A DNA stretch of 64,000 nucleotides from Phoronis australis (GCA_002633005.1 NMRA01000154.1:55213-119212); one strand, 5' to 3'. Numbered from the stretch's first letter, positions 27,224-40,971 are shown. The notes: a model not told the origin generated them from the sequence alone. A program made the numbers and translations.

Positions 27224-28977
27224 AACAAGAGCAACGCGGAGCGTTGAAATGCGCCCACGAATGCATCGCAAATGGTGTGCCTTTAGGATTCCTTATTGTG
27301 TCATAAAAATGACCACTAGATGGCACATAAACAAACAATACATCCGAAAACGGGAACATGTCATTGCTTCTTTAATGCAAAGCGATACAACACATTTCAT
27401 ACAAATCTGTCACGGAACTTCAGAGAAACAAAGGAAAACAGAATAAAATGAAATTGCCACTAGGGGGCACAGTGTTCATTGGATCCGCCTGAAAGTCGTC
27501 ATTGTCTGTTGTTAGCTTCATACAAATACACTTACAGAATTTAATAAAGATCCTGCTGTGGGTTTAGGAGATACAGCTATGGGCGCAAATCAAGACAAAA
27601 CTACCATTAGGTGGCACCAGAGTAGTCAAAGTCGTCATCATAAACCGTCCTCTTCAGACAGAGCACATGTATGCCAATTTTCAAAACCATCCTTAGAATG
27701 ATTTGGTTGATAGAGAGGTAGACGTCAAAAAACACACTCTAAAACAGCAAAAATGGCCACTAGCTGGCTCGAAGTACCTTGATTCCATCCGAAAACGGGA
27801 GGATAGCGTCATCTCACCAATAGATGCCCGTATTCAAAATTTTATGAAAATCAGTTGAGGACCTTTGAAGATACAGAGGTAAATGTAAAACTAAAATTGT
27901 CACCAGGGGGCATACCAGTAGTCAGATCCATCCCAAAATCATCGCCGTCCGTTGTTAACATCATATAAACACGCTTCTTAAATTTAGTAAAGAACCTGCA
28001 AATGGTTTAGCATATACAACCATGGGCGCAAAAAAAGAAACGGCCACTTGGAGGCGCCACAGAAGTCAAAGTCATCGGAAAATCATCCTCAGCCATCCAC
28101 ATCATAGTAAAAATAAACATGCCAATTTTCACAATTATCCTGAAAGCGGTTTGGTTGATAGAGGGGTGGACGCCAAAAAACAGACTTGAAAACAGTAAAA
28201 ATGGCCACTAGGTGGCGCAAACTAGGTCGAATCCATCTAAAAGCAGAAAGATAGCGTCACCTCACTAACAGAAGACTGTACGCCAAATTTTATGAAATTA
28301 TGTTGAGGACCTTTGAAGATACAGAGGTAAATGTAAAAAAATAAAATTGCCACTAGGTGGCACACCAGTTGTCAGATTTGTTTGAAAGTCGTCGTCGTCC
28401 ATTGTCAATATCATATAAATGCACTTACTAAATTTAGTAAAGATGCTGCAAACGATTTAGGAGATATAGCCATAGGCGCAAAAAAACAAAACTGCCACTA
28501 GGAGGCGCCACAGTAGTCGAAGTCGTCGGAAAATCAACGTCAACCGTCCTGTTCATAGTAAGAACATACATGCCAATTTTCACAATCATGCTTAAAGCGG
28601 TTTGGTTGATAGAGGAGTGGACGTCAAAAAACAGACTCGGAAACAGTAAAAATGGCCACTAGGTGGCGCAAACTACGTCGAATCCATCCGAAAACGGGAG
28701 GATACCGTCGTCTCACTAATAGATGCCTATATACCAAATTTTATGAAGATACAGAGATAAACGTAAAAAAAAAATTGCCACTAGGGGGCACACCGGTAGT
28801 AGGATCCGTCCGAAAGTTTGCTCATGCCGTCTCATCTATAAAAGGAACATATGTGCAAAATTTCATGAACATACGTCAATCGGTTTTAGAGATAGAGCAG
28901 CAGACGCCGGACGCCGGACGGACGCAGAGGACGGCATATATGCGTCCACATATACCGGTGAATACGTGGGCGCATAA
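27224..28977 (-). mobile_element. Non-autonomous Helentron (HINE/DINE-1-like) with central ~145-160-bp tandem units each carrying a CTCF-type motif
   Basis: Subterminal IRs ATGCGCCCACG (27249) / CGTGGGCGCAT (28965), extra IR ATGCGTCCAC (28940), terminal hairpin CAACGC-GGA-GCGTTG (27232-27246), GGAC microsatellite, A-rich ends, 11 tandem units in a ~450-bp trimer higher-order repeat. Confidence 0.8.
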
Positions 28978-30927
28978 AAGGGGGCTCATTTGTTTTTGCG
29001 AATCAGAACAAAGGATGATTATCATGCCAAAAACGACCCGCAAATTTCATCGGATTGTTGCTTAGGGAGAAGACTGTCGTTGCAGAGCAAGTTCTCAAGT
29101 GTGACATGCGCCTCTCACGGTAGACCATCACCTCTTGTCATTATCAGTGAAACTGTCTGAATCGCTTGACCAGCCAAGCCATGTGACAATGTTCACCCTT
29201 CGTAACTATATGTAAATATCGGGGCCCTCGATGCCGCGATTTTGGAGTCCTCAATACTTAGTCGGTCTTATTGGGTTCCTCCACCTTGAAAACAGTTAAA
29301 ATCACGCAAAATTCTTCTCCGATTATCAAAAACCCTATCGAGGCTTCAACTTACAGGTAAACAGACACTTGGCGTCAGAAGATTTTTAACTGCAAAAATA
29401 AACAGTGTCATGATTTGTGGCCTCGATGTGAAATAAGGTATGGAACAGTTCATCGCAAATAGTGCAAGGGCGATGACATAGTATTGACGTAAATCTAAGG
29501 TTTACCACCTGGAATGAATGAAACCTCCAGGAGGAGCTGGTGGCGACCGGCAGGAGGTTGGAATTGGTGAAGACCCGGACGCTGAAAAATAGGTCCCCCG
29601 TGGATTGAATTCTAATTTTTTCGTGAAGATAGAAAATACATCACATGACTGATCAACTTTCCTAAACGTAGTTAGTAGATTTCCAAAGGGCAAGAGAACC
29701 CATCCAGCACGGATGCCCTTTGCACGTATTCCTTGTGTGGTCAACATTACATCTCAAATGATACAGGTTTGTCTACGTTACACTGGTGACATGTGATAGT
29801 CACTGGTACATTCACGTGCGAAGAAGCAATGCACGTGTTTTAACACATGTGCTGCATTGTGGGTAAATGAGAGTGGTGCTGTGCTATTTCAGGACTGGTC
29901 TATTGGAGGCAACCGCGGGGCTCCCCTCAGTGGAAAAATTTCCTTATCAGGAGTAAGTATCTTCCCTTTAAGGTCTGCGGCGGCCATGCGACGGTCATAC
30001 GATCTAGGTGTGTTGTGTAAAACCCGCAGCAACGAAGCACGAATATGAGACATATAGGATATCGAGCGGCTGACGGATGGAGGATAGGAATACATGAATA
30101 ACGAAAACACCTCTCCGGCAATTTGAAATTGCAAACAGAAGAATCAGCGGCAATCAAACTAAACACGATGAGTCTTCCGCAAAATGTTCCCCTCAAAACG
30201 GAACTGAAACTCGTCCATATTAGGATTCAAACATGGAATCGGTTTTCAAGAGTAAACTTCACGATGCTTGGATTAATTTAGGTTCTTCGTGCTTTCGTGT
30301 CTTGCCGTCGGATTCAACTTTTCGATAGGACAATCGAAAACGTCAATCAAATAGGCATTGCAAGAGATACTTTTAGTCACTTCGGAAGTTAGGCCGAGCA
30401 AGAATTGGCAATCTTTACAGAGAACATTTCAAACAAAAACAGCTCATTCCATACCTTTGTCGACGCAGTGTACCGTCAGCTGTCTGTGTGTTGTCCCTTC
30501 ACATTCATTCCAACATGAAAACAGCAGTAGATTAAAGGTGAGTAGATTTAGCCTCCTCAGTGCAGACGACAGCTCATTATCTGTACAAGGGGTCAAAGGC
30601 TGAGTGCTGCTCACTGCCGAGACAACACGCGGCGTCGCGCGGTATTGACTAACTATTCTGAGGGGGGTTATCGACCTTATCAACATTGTGTAGTAAGTAA
30701 ATGAGACATTTTATTCAGGAAATCCTCATGACAGCAAGCAAAATGTTGTCGTACTAAAACAAACATGGCTTGCCTTGATCCCTCGTATATGAAATGGACT
30801 GGTCTGATTAAACACTATTGTTGGTTAGCGGTACAACCGTTGTTTAACATAGGATTATGTTTTCAGGCTGTTATTTGTTTGGTTCAAAGAAGGTAGGAAA
30901 TGTTTGTTGATCTTGTAGTGGTTAGAN

Positions 30928-31460
30928 TTGATATGAAACTTGATCATTTTTACGTAATTTTTGGCTCCTTTAATGGACCAAAAATCATAAATCTACTTTT
31001 ATGTTTAGGCAAGTACCACATACACAAGCAAAGACTTCAGAATGTAGAACCATGTTTTGCACTTTTTAAACATTCTGTTTTTGATTACTACAAAGTAGAA
31101 AAGGTTATGTACTATAACCAGTGCAGGTATCTCGACTTCGAGGAACGATGGGCCCCTCTAGCACCTTTATTTTAATTTACACTACATACAACCAATGGCC
31201 CCCCTGTGTATGAATGTGAGCGTGACTGTGTGCGTGAATGTTTATACTGTTTGGCTTTATTGTATTTGCATTACGATAACAATAAAACTTTTTGACAAAA
31301 AAAGTATATACAATGTTGCTATGCTCACACGTGGTTGATAGCATTGTAAAAGTCTTGGTCTCCACAGTTTTTTTAGTAAAAATGCTCACTTCAGAAGGCT
31401 GTTTTGTAAACTTAGATGTAAAAACCTTGGTCTATGCATTTTTTTGTAAAAAAAAATCTG
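30928..31460 (+). mobile_element. 3' end of an L1/Tx1-type non-LTR retrotransposon (ORF2 C-terminus + 3' UTR)
   Basis: IINLLLCLGKYHIHKQR...P.FALFK..VFDYYKVEK...F..RW resembles the C-terminal tail of L1/Tx1 ORF2; stop at 31175; ends in an A-run at the gap. Confidence 0.65.
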
Positions 31461-31559
31461 NNNNNNNNNNNGGGGGTTACGCGTCGGAATCATGGACACC
31501 CTGGAATATTGGGAACCCCATTTTGGAACCCTATTTTCGAAATCCTGGATAAAGGCCTG

Positions 31560-32175
31560 CACACCAGTTGTCAGATTAGTTTGAAAGTGATCGTCGTCCA
31601 TTGTCAACATCATATAGATGCACTTACTAAATTTAGTAAATATTCTGCAAAAGGTTTAGGAGATATAGCCATAGGCGCAAAAAAGAACAAAACTGTCACT
31701 AGGAGGCGCCCCAGTGGTCAAAGTCGTCGGAAAATCATCGTCAAGCGTCCTCTTCATAGCAAAAACATACATGCCAATTTTCGCAATCATGCTTATAAAG
31801 CGGTTTGGTTGATAGAAGAGTGGGCGTCAAAACTCGAAAACAGTAAAAATGGCCACTAGATGGCGCAAACTACGTCAAATCCATCGGAAAACGGGAGGAT
31901 ACCTTCGTCTCACTAATAGAAGCCTATATACCAAATTTTATGAAGATACAGAGGTAAACGTAAAAAACTAAAATTGCCACTAGAGGGTACACCGGTATTC
32001 GGATCCGTCCGAAAGTTTGCTCATGCCGTCTCATCCATGAAAGGAACACATTTCACACACAATTTCATAAACATACGTCAATCAGTTTTGGAGATAGAGC
32101 AGCGAACGCCTGACGGACGGACGAACGCAGACGACGGCATAATACGTCCACGTATAAGTATGTGGGCGCATAAAA
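31560..32175 (-). mobile_element. Partial HINE-like copy (duplicate of 28361-28977)
   Basis: CTCF-type motifs at 31696, 31853, 31977; GACGGACGGACG; TGTGGGCGCATAA terminus. Confidence 0.8.
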
Positions 32176-34477
32176 AGGGGGCTCACTTGTTTTTGCGAAT
32201 CAGTACAAAGGAAGATTATCATGCCAAAAACGACTCGCAAACTTCATCGGATTGTTGCTTAGTGAGAAGCCTGTCGTTGCAGAGCAAGTTCTCAAGTGTG
32301 ACATGCGCCTCTCACAGTAGGCCATCACTTCTTGTCATTATCAGTGAAACTGTCTGAATTGCTTGACCAGCCAAGCCATGTGACAATGTTCACCCTTCGT
32401 AACTAGTACATGTAAATATCGGGGCCCTCGATGCCGCGATTTTGGTGTCCTCAATACTAAGGTTTTATGACCGACAGTCGGTCTTATTGGGTTTTCCACC
32501 CTGAAAACAGTTAAAATCACGCAAAATTCTTCTCCGATTACCTATCGAGGTTTCAACTTACAGGTAAACAGGCACTTGGCGTCAGAAGATTTTTAACTGC
32601 AAAAATAAACAGTGTCATGATTTGTGGCCTCGATGTGAAATAAGGTATGGAACAGTTCATCGCAAATAGTGCAGGGGCGATGACATAGTATTGACATAAA
32701 TCTAAGGTTTACCACCTGGAAGGAATGAAGCCTCCAGGAGGAGCTGATGGCGACCGACATGAGGTTGGAATTGGTGGAGACCCGGGCGCTGAACAATAGG
32801 TCCCCCGTGGGTTGAATTATATTTTTTTCGTGAAGATAGAAAATACATCACATGACTGATCAACTTTCCTAAACGTGGGACACTCTTTAGTTAGTAGATT
32901 TCCGAAGGGCAAGAGAACCCATCCAGCACGGATGCCCTTTGCACATATTCCTTGAGTGGTCAACATTACATCTCAAAATCACAGGTTTGTCTACGTTACA
33001 CTGGTGACAAATGTGATAGTCACTGGTACATTTACGTGCGAAGAAGCAATGCACGTGTTTTAACACATGTGCTGCATTAATTGTGGGTAAATGAGAGTGG
33101 TGTTGTGCTATTTCAGGACAGGCCTATTGGTGGCAACCGCGGGGCTCCCCTCAGTGGAAACATTTCCTTATCAGGAGTAATAAGCACTTTTCCTCTAAGG
33201 TCTGCGACGGCCATGCGACGGTCATACGATCTAGGTGTGTTGTGTAAAACCCGCAGCAACGAAGCACGAATATGAGACGTATAGGATATCGAGCAGCTGA
33301 AGGATGGAGTATAGGAATACATGAATAACGAAAACACCTCTCAGGCAATTTGAAATTGCAAACAGAAGAATCAGCGGCAATCAAACTAAACACGATGAGT
33401 CTTCCACAAAATGTTCCTCTCAAAACTGAACTGAAACTCGTCCATATTAGGATTCAAACATGGAATCGGTTTTCAAGAGTAAACTTCACGATGCTTGGAT
33501 TAATTTAGGTTCTTCGTGCTTTCGTGTCTTGCCGTCGGATTCAACTTTTCGATAGGACAATCGAAAACGTCAATCGCTTCTTGTAATCAAATAGGCATTG
33601 CAAGAGACACTTTTAGTCACTTCGGAAGTTAGGCCGAGCAAAAGTTGGCAATCTTTACAGAGAAAACAAAAACAGCTCATTCCATACCTTTGTCGACGCA
33701 GTGTACCGTCAGCTGTCTGTGTGTTGTCCCTTCACATTCATTCCAACATGAAAACAGCATTAGATTAAAGGTGAGTAGATTTAGCCTCCTCAGTGCAGAC
33801 GACAGCTCATTATCTGTACAAGGGGTCAAAGGCTGAGTGCTGCTCACTGCCGAGACAACACGCGGCGTCGCGCGGTATTGACTAACTATTCTGAGGGGGG
33901 TTATCGACCTTATCAACATTGTGTAGTAAGTAAATGAGACATTTTATTCAGGAAATCCTCATGACAGCAAGCAAAATGTTGTCGTACTAAAACAAACATG
34001 GCTTGCCTTGATCCCTCGTATATGAAATGGACTGGTCTGATTAAACACTATTGTTGGTTAGCGGTACAACCGTTGTTTAACATAGGATTATGTTTTCAGG
34101 CTGTTATTTGTTTGGTTCAAAGAAGGTAGGAAATGTTTGTTGATCTTGTAGTGGTTAGATAACTGGTTCGGACAACCGCCATTGTTAACAACTCGCACGA
34201 ACAACCGGTCGGTTCACGCTGCGCCAGCTGTGGAACTCGACGAGTTCAATGTCCATCACACTGAAAAGCGTCTAGGCCTATAACTGCCTCGCTTCTACGA
34301 CTTACTCTTCTCATATGTTTGGTTTCATAATAAAATCTCACTTTACCAGCATAAAGTTTTCATAATGTAATATATTGCTAAATAGCAACGGACCTAAACG
34401 CCAACGGTCTCATTTAATTTAGGACGCAATGTGAATATGCGGTCGAGTAAACAGTAAGTTTCACGTTTTATGAAGTA

Positions 34478-34726
34478 CATGCAAGCACCCAGCCTAAAAG
34501 TTGGGGTCTCGAATTTTTGAGAATGTGGGACTTTAAGATTCACGGGGTACGTTCAGAGCTATGAATTATACATTCGCCGAATTTTGGAAGTTCCTGCCTT
34601 TTTAGTGGACTTTTGTCACGTTTTCTATTTTTTCGGAGTTTTTGTTTCTCTTGAGGCGGACTTTTGCCCGCTTCGCCAAGTGGGGGACTCGCTCGAGCCC
34701 CTCGAGCCCTCATGGGTGCGCGCATG
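34478..34726. mobile_element. MITE, same family as 26242-26470
   Basis: CATGCAAGCACCCAG ... TGGGTGCGCGCATG; flanks AAGTA/AAATA. Confidence 0.75.
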
Positions 34727-36109
34727 AAATAGGATTAGTATTATCATACAACATTTTGAAAGACTGTCAGAAGCCCTTGAAAAATTATAGATTTAACAGT
34801 AATATAAACCGAAGATGATGAGATTTTACCGTATTTTTCTGTTTGAGCGACTGAAAAGGACATAACTGAGGCGACAACTCATGTTCACAGAGCAATCAGG
34901 TAAGCTCAGTTTCAGTTTCGAAGCGGAGGTCGACGTTTAGCATGTCAACTCGCCAAATGCGGCCAGGCAAAATTCACAGGTCGCCAAATGCAAAGTAATC
35001 GCGCCAAAACAAGAAAACCGCGTACGTGGGGACGCTACAATGACCTTCACAACCGACGCAGTTAGCAACAGTCTGAAATTGAAAACGCTACATCCGAATA
35101 GAAAATATGGCGAAACTAAGCAACTATTTGTCGGACCACCCAGAAACGCCGGGACCGTTTTTTTCCTTTTCTTTTGTCGGACAGAAAAGTAGGAAGTATA
35201 TCGGGTGTCGACCAACACACGGCTAACTGGCAATCGAAGCGTTTCCGAAGTGCACTGTACGGGACGACTGGTGAGATGCGAGTTACTAAATCTTAAATAT
35301 ATCTCCAATCTGAGAGCCAGTGATTTTAGGCCCGATTATGTTTCTCTAAGTTTAGCAATCGCATTGAATAGTTTCCATGACAATGTTTCAGATAAATGCA
35401 CAGTATGAGCGCAACGGATACATACATTGGCCGAAATGGTGCTTTTCTGTGTGAAAGGTTTCATGCGGAACAACCTATTAGTACCAAGAAAAATCGAGAA
35501 AATACTTGGAATACGCCATACCGATTTTTGTGTTCAAATGTTGTAACCTAGCCTTCAGAGTAAAGACTGTTTGAAACTTGCAAAATGTTGAGGTCTGAGT
35601 CGGGACGCATAGTGTGGCTGAGAAGTCGGGCCATAAGAAACGTAAAAAACATGGTTGTTGTTTACTAACATGATCTACGGGTGCAGTAATAAGTAAATGA
35701 AAAACTACAGCAACAACAAACACACTGTCCAAGGCCTGATTACTGGCTTGGTGCTCCACTGTGTAACGTAAAATTTCAGCGCATTTCCGGACTGATTGTA
35801 CATTTTTCAGCTACTCATATCTTCATTGTTACGTTTTAGCTTTGACAAATATCGAGAATAATTTATGCGCTGAGTTCGGGACCCTTTCATCATCGCTTCT
35901 ATTTTTAGCTGTGAAATTAGCTAGACAGTTTTGGTTGTAGTTATTTTACAAAGTAAATAAACGAGAAGTTCACTATAAAAAATAAAAGGATTTCGTGAGT
36001 GTCTGTTTCGTGCAACTGGCCACGGCGGGCCAACCCAGCAGAATACTAAAAATGTCGACTCACATTTGTCTCAACACACGTCATCCGTTTGCTACTAGAT
36101 TTTTGTGAT

Positions 36110-36503
36110 GTAGGCAAGTGTCGTAAGTGATTTATATAGAAATACTTGTGAAAACATCGATTGTCCTTTCTTGTATTGTTTTAGTTTCATTACTAAGTCA
36201 ATTTTTGGCTTTGATACATATCGAGAGTGAACTCTACATTAATTGTCATTATTACTGAAAATTATTGGGGATCTTTTCGTGCAACGCCCCCAATTTAAGG
36301 ACTGAGTCCCTATTTATTTTGAATGAACTCTGAGCTCAATTTGTATTTATATTATCAGAAAACGTTATTAAACAAAGAGGAGCTCAAAATAAAAATGAAA
36401 TGATAGGAAAAAATGCACCTGTGAGTCCATAAAGACACAAATACGCAAGAAGACTTAGAGACCTTAGTTGAGTCCCTATTTGGGACTGTTTCATGCAACC
36501 GAC
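36110..36503. mobile_element. MITE, copy of 51231-51639 family
   Basis: Shared internal block and right TIR GAGTCCCTATTTGGGACTGTTTCATGCAACC. Confidence 0.7.
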
Positions 36504-37792
36504 AACAGGGGCCACAGTGTTTCACGAAAAGTAACTATAGACTTAGATCAGGAAGTCTGTCTTCACAATTATTGAAAAAAGGTTTAGCCAGGTACATAAT
36601 AGGCCTGGCGAGCAGGGGATAGTGCGCTGGAGCAGGGTTGACCTATCCGCCACCAAATATATATATATATATATATATATGTCCGCGAGACGCCGTAAAG
36701 TGGTCCGTGAGAGGGGGATATGCGTTCGCAAGAGGTGCACGAGAGAAGTTTGTGTGCGGGCAGGCCCGATCGAGCCGCACGCTTTCACAGATCTGGGTGC
36801 CCTGTGTTTGTAAAATTTTACTCTGTTGAATTGTTGCATTCGGTAATACGAAGCAAGTATATTTCCGTATCCATTGGCAAAAGGTTCACACAAAGATGTT
36901 TGCCTTTTATTACAGACGCGGTGTCTGCTACAAGGGTACGATACTAAAAACATGACCATTTAATACTTACTTTGGAAATATTCAACATATGTATAGAGAT
37001 AAACATTGCAAACTGAATAAGTCAACCGAACCGCGGTAGCCATACTTGAGTCAGGTGTCTTCGATGAGCCCGCTCAATTTTTAAATAACATTGCGCTGTG
37101 ACTCAAGATTCAAGCTTTCTTTACACTGACACTCAGTACTCTTGTTTTTGCAAAATTTTGAACATAGAATCGGTATGCGTGATCCAATAATTCAACATTT
37201 TGTAGCTAACAAACAAATCTTTATTAGAATTATTGTTAATTAACGTTTTCAAGGAAAATAACTGTTTCTGTCAATGTTTCTGTTCGTGGTGCTAATAAAA
37301 GCGTTATTATTTAAAACATTGTGATGGAGACCAACCAGTTTGTTCACTAACCTTAGATGCACACTCATGCTAAAATATGTCCCGAATTCTCTTCCAGATT
37401 TAAGATAATCAAGATTTAGTAACTCACATTCACAAGTCGTTATGATAGGCGCACCTTTGATTCCGAAACGCTCAGATTAGCAGTTAATCGGTTGTACCGT
37501 GTGTGGCGTCTAACCCGGGCTCACCTCCTACTGCGCCTATTCTGATAGCAGGCTACCAAAACCAAGGTGACTCTGAGCCTACATGCACCGTAGACGTGCT
37601 GTTCCAGTTTTTGCTGGATAATTGCGGCTTCCGTCTTTTTACTTCTTGTAGTGTTTTGAGCGCGCGGGTGACTTGGAATTTTTACCAGATCATCAAACAA
37701 AATCTGAGCCCTGATTACAAGAGAAATTGTATTAACCTCCTAACAATGTCCACAGAGACATGAGAAACACTTGCTAAACTACACCACGAAAT

Positions 37793-38753
37793 TCAATCGT
37801 CTGCTTCTTCGTCACCGTCCGTCGAGTCGCCTCCCATCGACCGTTTGCGCTGGTCTTTCATCCGGGCCTTGAACTCTGGCGACGGCTCTGTGCCGCTGTA
37901 AATGGACACACGTGACTTGTTTGTGATGGCGCGGTTGTTCGATGCTGATTGGTTGTCGTTTGAGCCCATCATCACATACTCTTCATCCTCGAAGTTCTGC
38001 TCCAAACCAACTCGACACCACAGGACGTTGATGCACGTTCTGCAACCAAATCACGTGACGATGAAGAATAGCTTCACCTTGCGAAAAATCAATCACGTTA
38101 CGAGAAAAGATTTAAATTACAGAGAATACAGAAGTCTTCAAAAAGAATATGAATTTCCAAAAATGGATCATATAGCCGCCAAAAATGAGATGCGTATTCA
38201 CTTACTCGACGAATCCATCATACAGACAACCTTCCATGATGTCTTCACAGCAGACGACAAATCTGCACTTGAATCCGTCGTCTGTTCGCACGCACGTGCA
38301 GCACAACCTCTGCAGTCCCAATAGCAAGACGATAAGGATTATGAGACCAACAAGAGCACTGAGCGACATAGTCACCTCGGCGCGTCTCCACTCAGCCATC
38401 GCTGCTCTACTTTCCACGTACGTCGGCACACCATCCACCTCCACAATGGCCCGCTTTGACCTTGCCGACAGAGCGACTTTTTTATCGACATCGAAGTCGC
38501 TCCTCATTCGAGATCGGTGGGCTGAAGATGGCACGCTTTTGACATTGTTCATATCTAACTTTCTCCCAGGCATCGAAAGTTCCACCTGATTTTCTTTCAG
38601 AGCCGAATTCAGCAGTAGAGTTGGTGGCTTGTCACCGTTTTTCGGAGTAAACTGGACAATAGAATAATAGGGCCGCCCACAAGACAGGGACGTTGACGAA
38701 ATAATTAAGATTACCACGGAAACTTTCAACGAAGATATCCCAATTAACCTCAT
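37793..38753 (-). CDS. Uncharacterised single-pass membrane protein, paralog A (~264 aa)
   Basis: Exons 38753-38206 and 38039-37793; phase-2 GA|GTAAGT ... TTGCAG|A intron joins YDGFVE-TCINVLWCRVGLEQ; signal peptide MRLIGISSLKVSVVILIISSTSLSCG, RSKR site, TM LSALVGLIILIVLLLGL; homologous to B and C. Confidence 0.85.
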
Positions 38754-38795
38754 TCTAACAACTGTAAGGCAACACTTCAAAGAAAAAGCATCCTG

Positions 38796-38803
38796 TGACG
38801 TCA
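38796..38803. promoter_or_regulatory. CRE palindrome TGACGTCA upstream of paralog A
   Basis: 43 nt upstream of the ATG; equivalent site in B and C. Confidence 0.45.
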
Positions 38804-39262
38804 TGGCTTTGTCTTGACAGTGACACACCAGTTCATATGACGTAACCACGTTAGATGTGCCGTATCTTACAAGTACCAACGTCGGTAGATTTTCCAACAG
38901 TACGTACTTCAATAGCATTTTGCAGTATCACCCCTGTCAGACTGGCCGACAAAAGAAGCATGTCAACAGATGAGCGTTCTGACATCACAAATATTCATGC
39001 CGATGGTAAAACGATATTTTCACACCACAACCCTCCTGAGGACCTAATTTATCCTTTAATCTTCTATAATGTTTCAGAAAACATTAAAAGGTAAGGGAAT
39101 CCACCAGAAAGTCGTTACAACATAAGCTAGGCAATAAATACGAAGGAACTACACGATAATGCTATATTTTAAAAAAACAAATTATTGAAGCCCATGGTCA
39201 TTCTAAATGCTACAGAAATGTAAAGTTTCCAAGCATTTTACTTGCAAACCCAGTGCTACCAG

Positions 39263-40644
39263 CTATCTAGTTGCTACTGCTTCACCGTCATCACCATCCT
39301 TTTCACCAATCACAGTTTGCGTAACAGCGTCTTTCTCTTCCTCTCTTTCAATCAACACCACGGGCGGCGGTTTGGCAATGAGCGGGACGCGACTTGAACG
39401 ATCTCGATGAGAATAGGAGGGGCTTGCGTTGGCGTTCGAGCAAGCTTTCACAATTGCCGTTCTCTCATCTGCGAACGAATTTGTTCGAGACGAGTTGGCT
39501 GATTTGTTTCCCTTCTTCTTCTTCTTCTTCTTCGTGAAGGGATTCTTGAATTTCTTGGTAGACGTCGAGTTAGAACTCTTGCTAGCGTCTACATTTTGTT
39601 CGAGACCCACGTTACACCAAATTATGTTCAAGCAAGTTCTAAAAAATAACAAATCAAATGCGTCAACAGGGGTGTTTTTGAACAAAAGCAACAGAAGACG
39701 AAGAATAGAACATTCGCATTACCAAAGAAGACTTGTTTCAATTAAGAGTTAGACCTGGTGTAAAGTTACTATTCCACATATTACCCTATCTTCCAACATT
39801 ACGGCCTTGGCCGTGGAATATAATTAACATAATAAATGCATTGTATGCATCCCAACGGAAAAGACAAACACAGCGTTGTTACTATATACATTTTTCAATT
39901 AACGGTCTTGCAACGTGAATGCACTGATGCCAGCTATCAGTTTGTAGAAGAAAGCATTGGTTACAAGCAATTAAGGTTTCAACTTAGTGCGACTTACTCT
40001 ATCAGCCCGTCATACAGCAAGCCTTCCATGATATCCTCGCAGCAGACGATAAACCTCCATTTGAACCCGTCATCTGTACGAACGCACGAGCAGCATAACC
40101 TTTGCAGCAAGAGCAGAAGAATCATGCCGGAAACAATAGTTATAACTGTCGCCACAGGAACGGTGATCATTCCGGAATTTCCGCAGTCGTCTAAGGTTTG
40201 AACAGGTACCACTGAAAGAACCTCTCGTCGCTCAAGACCCTGTGCTCTCAGAGTTCGTCGTTGACGCAAAGGCGTCAGTTGGTTTTTAATTTTTGCTTTA
40301 GGACTCTTAAGTGTACCAGACTGCGGGTTACGTAATAATGCTTGTCGATAAACATAAGTAACATAAGTAAGATTTATCGAAAAATTTCCGTCAGCTTTTG
40401 TATCTTTATTAACATAGTTTGACTGATCTGATAACGACGCGGTGTGGCTTCCAGTTTTATTGGAAAGGGGAGTTTCTGAGATATATTCCCTGTACTGTTC
40501 ACTTTCTTTCTCGGAGGCTTTTCCGGACAACATGTCTCGAGTGTTCCGGAGAGGTGCCACTAGACCAAGGGGTCTCGCGGACGAGTGAAATAGTGAATGA
40601 CAGAGAATTTCAATAATCGCTAACAGAATAGCATAGGTATTCAT
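39263..40644 (-). CDS. Uncharacterised single-pass membrane protein, paralog B (~340 aa)
   Basis: Exons 40644-39998 and 39638-39263; same phase-2 intron (GA|GTAAGT ... TTTTAG|A) giving YDGLIE-TCLNIIWCNVGLEQ; signal peptide ending SSA-RP, RQRR/RR sites, TM, Lys-rich tail. Confidence 0.85.
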
Positions 40645-40683
40645 CTTAAACAAGAAGCAGCTTTGCAGACAAGTAGCACAAAA

Positions 40684-40691
40684 TGACGTCA
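40684..40691. promoter_or_regulatory. CRE palindrome TGACGTCA upstream of paralog B
   Basis: 40 nt upstream of the ATG; TATAAAA on minus strand at 40728-40734. Confidence 0.45.
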
Positions 40692-40971
40692 TTCATTGTT
40701 TCGTCATCTGCTGTGAAATAAAACACATTTTATAGAATTTTCATGTACTGATAGTATTTTGTTCAAGCAAAACTCAAAAGTTTCTGGTTATATGTAAAAT
40801 TAAAATCATTTTTTGGAATTCAGACATAGGGGCATAAATTTAGGACTGGCAAGTTGAATTGCCACCGTAATCAGAGTGAGATGAAAACAACTTTAAAATT
40901 CAAATTATTTTCGTGCATGGTCAATTCCCATCACAAAATCGACGCGTACAATCGACACCAAATTAAAGAAT

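Larger units (their letters stand above)
28361..34158. other. ~2.6-kb duplication (28361-30926 vs 31560-34158), probably uncollapsed haplotypes
   Basis: High identity with small indels; first copy ends exactly at N 30927 and an N run (31461-31471) lies between the copies. Confidence 0.75.

Noticed and set aside
28652-29065. 137-aa ORF and related ORFs at 31434-31859 and 31974-32357
   Set aside because: They lie in HINE tandem units, frames are not preserved between copies, and there are no Rep/helicase motifs.
1000-37500. Protein-coding genes among the many 60-140 aa ORFs
   Set aside because: No recognisable domains, no consistent exon chain, many start at non-ATG codons or lie in repeats.
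38754-38918. N-terminal extension of paralog A given in the ORF track
   Set aside because: Alignment with B and C places the signal peptide and start at 38753.
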